A DNA stretch of 57,952 nucleotides, filler included, from Platydemus manokwari (taxonomy: Eukaryota), in assembly GCA_037951405.1 (NCBI GenBank). It is 5 parts of 5 records of this genome, joined end to end, with 100 filler letters (N's around TTAATTAATTAA, not from the genome) between each part and the next. Parts side by side here need not be neighbours in the genome. Positions count along the whole stretch, not along the records: positions 48,985 to 57,952 come from JBBMOY011321538.1; 4 more parts are not named here. The stretch is one strand, 5' to 3'. Positions 56,827 to 57,952 of the stretch are shown here, piece after piece. The notes beneath the pieces are model-generated. The model made no database searches. It was not told the DNA's origin and saw only the letters and a program-made list of their open reading frames with translations. Position numbers and translations under genes: made by a program. Within the stretch, counting starts at the first letter, position 1; the number at the start of each line of letters is the position of its first letter.

Positions 56827-57295
56827 TGTTCGCGTATAAATGAATAACAAACCTCTGACTCCCAAATAATGTATATTAGTCAATATACAACCACACTAAC
56901 CGATGTAAAATCACGAAAATCAAAATACAAGCACAATAAATTCACCAAAATCTGGCTTCCAACTGGCAGTTGTCCATCTTTACATTGCTTTTTATACTCG
57001 CGATCTGTGTGTACCTCTCTGTGTCATGATGTACTACAATTTGATTTCATGTTTGTCTTCCTGTGTTCTTATTGGGTTTTTTGGTTTTTACATGAATGGG
57101 ATTGGTCAATCCCTAGATGTGTGTTTTGTGTAGTTATGCCCTTTTCCCCGATTGTAATTTGCCATCTAGCTTCACTGTGATTGGCCGATTGCTATGCCTG
57201 TATGGTCGTGTAGGCATGCAAATGTTCAGTGCCAAAACAAGATTTCCAAGGTGTAATTTCGTTTTTCTTTTTGCAGGATTTCATCTCACTCAACA
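56827..57295 (-). mobile_element. Intact solo LTR (469 bp) with 4-bp target-site duplication
   Basis: TGTT...AACA inverted termini and a perfect ATAT duplication (56823-56826 and 57296-57299). Minus-strand CCAAT, TATAAAAA (56996-56989) and GCCAGTT (56967-56961). The 5' half is homologous to 3668 onward. Confidence 0.8.
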
Positions 57296-57749
57296 ATATG
57301 TTTATCAGTGTTATCCAATACCATAACGGCCACTACAATAAGTCAAAATACTACTACGCTTCAGTCAGATCAATCATCACAATTCGAAACAAAATTTTAG
57401 CAAACCCTAGGAAAAAACCAGAGGTCATGTGACAGAATCAATCCATCAATTTCTATTTATTCATGAGTCTTTTGACTATTTGTTACGACAAGTACTTCGA
57501 TAAACACACAAGTCAAAGAAAGGGATGATCGAGTAATCAATGATTGTCATCGTTTCTATTACTTGGTTTCCTTACTATTGTCGGGATAATACCAGGCAGG
57601 CTGCAAGCCTATAAATTATAATCCCATAAATTAATAATAAATAATAATAATTAAAAACCCAAAAACCCACACTAATTAAAATGTAGGCGTGTGGGCAGAA
57701 TGACATGAATAATAATGATAAAATTTTTTCCGATAAATTATTAATCCAC

Positions 57750-57835
57750 GTTGCCATGGCAATCCGAAATATAATCTTAGGAATTCAAATTTAAATGCAA
57801 ATTGCCATGACAACCGTGGATATCGCTTAGGAAAC
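57750..57835. promoter_or_regulatory. Cluster of RFX X-box-like motifs
   Basis: GTTGCCATGGCAAT (57750-57763), ATTGCCATGACAAC (57801-57814) and ATCGCTTAGGAAAC (57822-57835), lying within an imperfect ~51-nt direct repeat. Confidence 0.4.
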
Positions 57836-57952
57836 CAGCAAATCATGATCGAAATTAGTCATTCGCCCACATTTCAAACTCATATAAATACTGAAGCAAA
57901 ATTCAGTATTTTTGCCACAATTTTAAGCGACACCTAAAGCGTAATCGGAACT

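Overview
AT-rich eukaryotic (animal) genomic DNA with very short spliceosomal introns (26 of the 41 introns I could place are 40-61 nt). A compact-intron invertebrate such as a triclad flatworm is my guess, not something the sequence proves. The window is five contigs joined by identical artificial 100-nt linkers (N44-TTAATTAATTAA-N44), so adjacency across linkers is unverified. Genes reconstructed by hand from GT-AG sites: a 155-aa single zinc-finger gene (2206-2875,+), the 5' end of flotillin-2 (6363-7548,+, truncated), a complete ASPM/asp (14314-24218,+, ~2260 aa, 56 IQ motifs), a complete Mx-like dynamin GTPase (27160-31879,+, 635 aa), CDKAL1 (34864-37050,-), the 5' part of a MAGI scaffold (39308-41663,-, truncated), an orphan 256-aa ORF (46146-46916,-) and an SLC25A34/35-type mitochondrial carrier (49867-53038,+). 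Non-coding space holds a tandem pair of dead Ty3/Gypsy reverse-transcriptase fragments just upstream of Mx, a family of solo LTRs, and several MITEs. The most notable signals are the indel-free 51 x 23-aa IQ array in ASPM with a 7-unit (483-nt) higher-order repeat, and an intact invertebrate Mx gene whose upstream region is almost entirely retroelement debris. I found no convincing wholly new multi-gene system.
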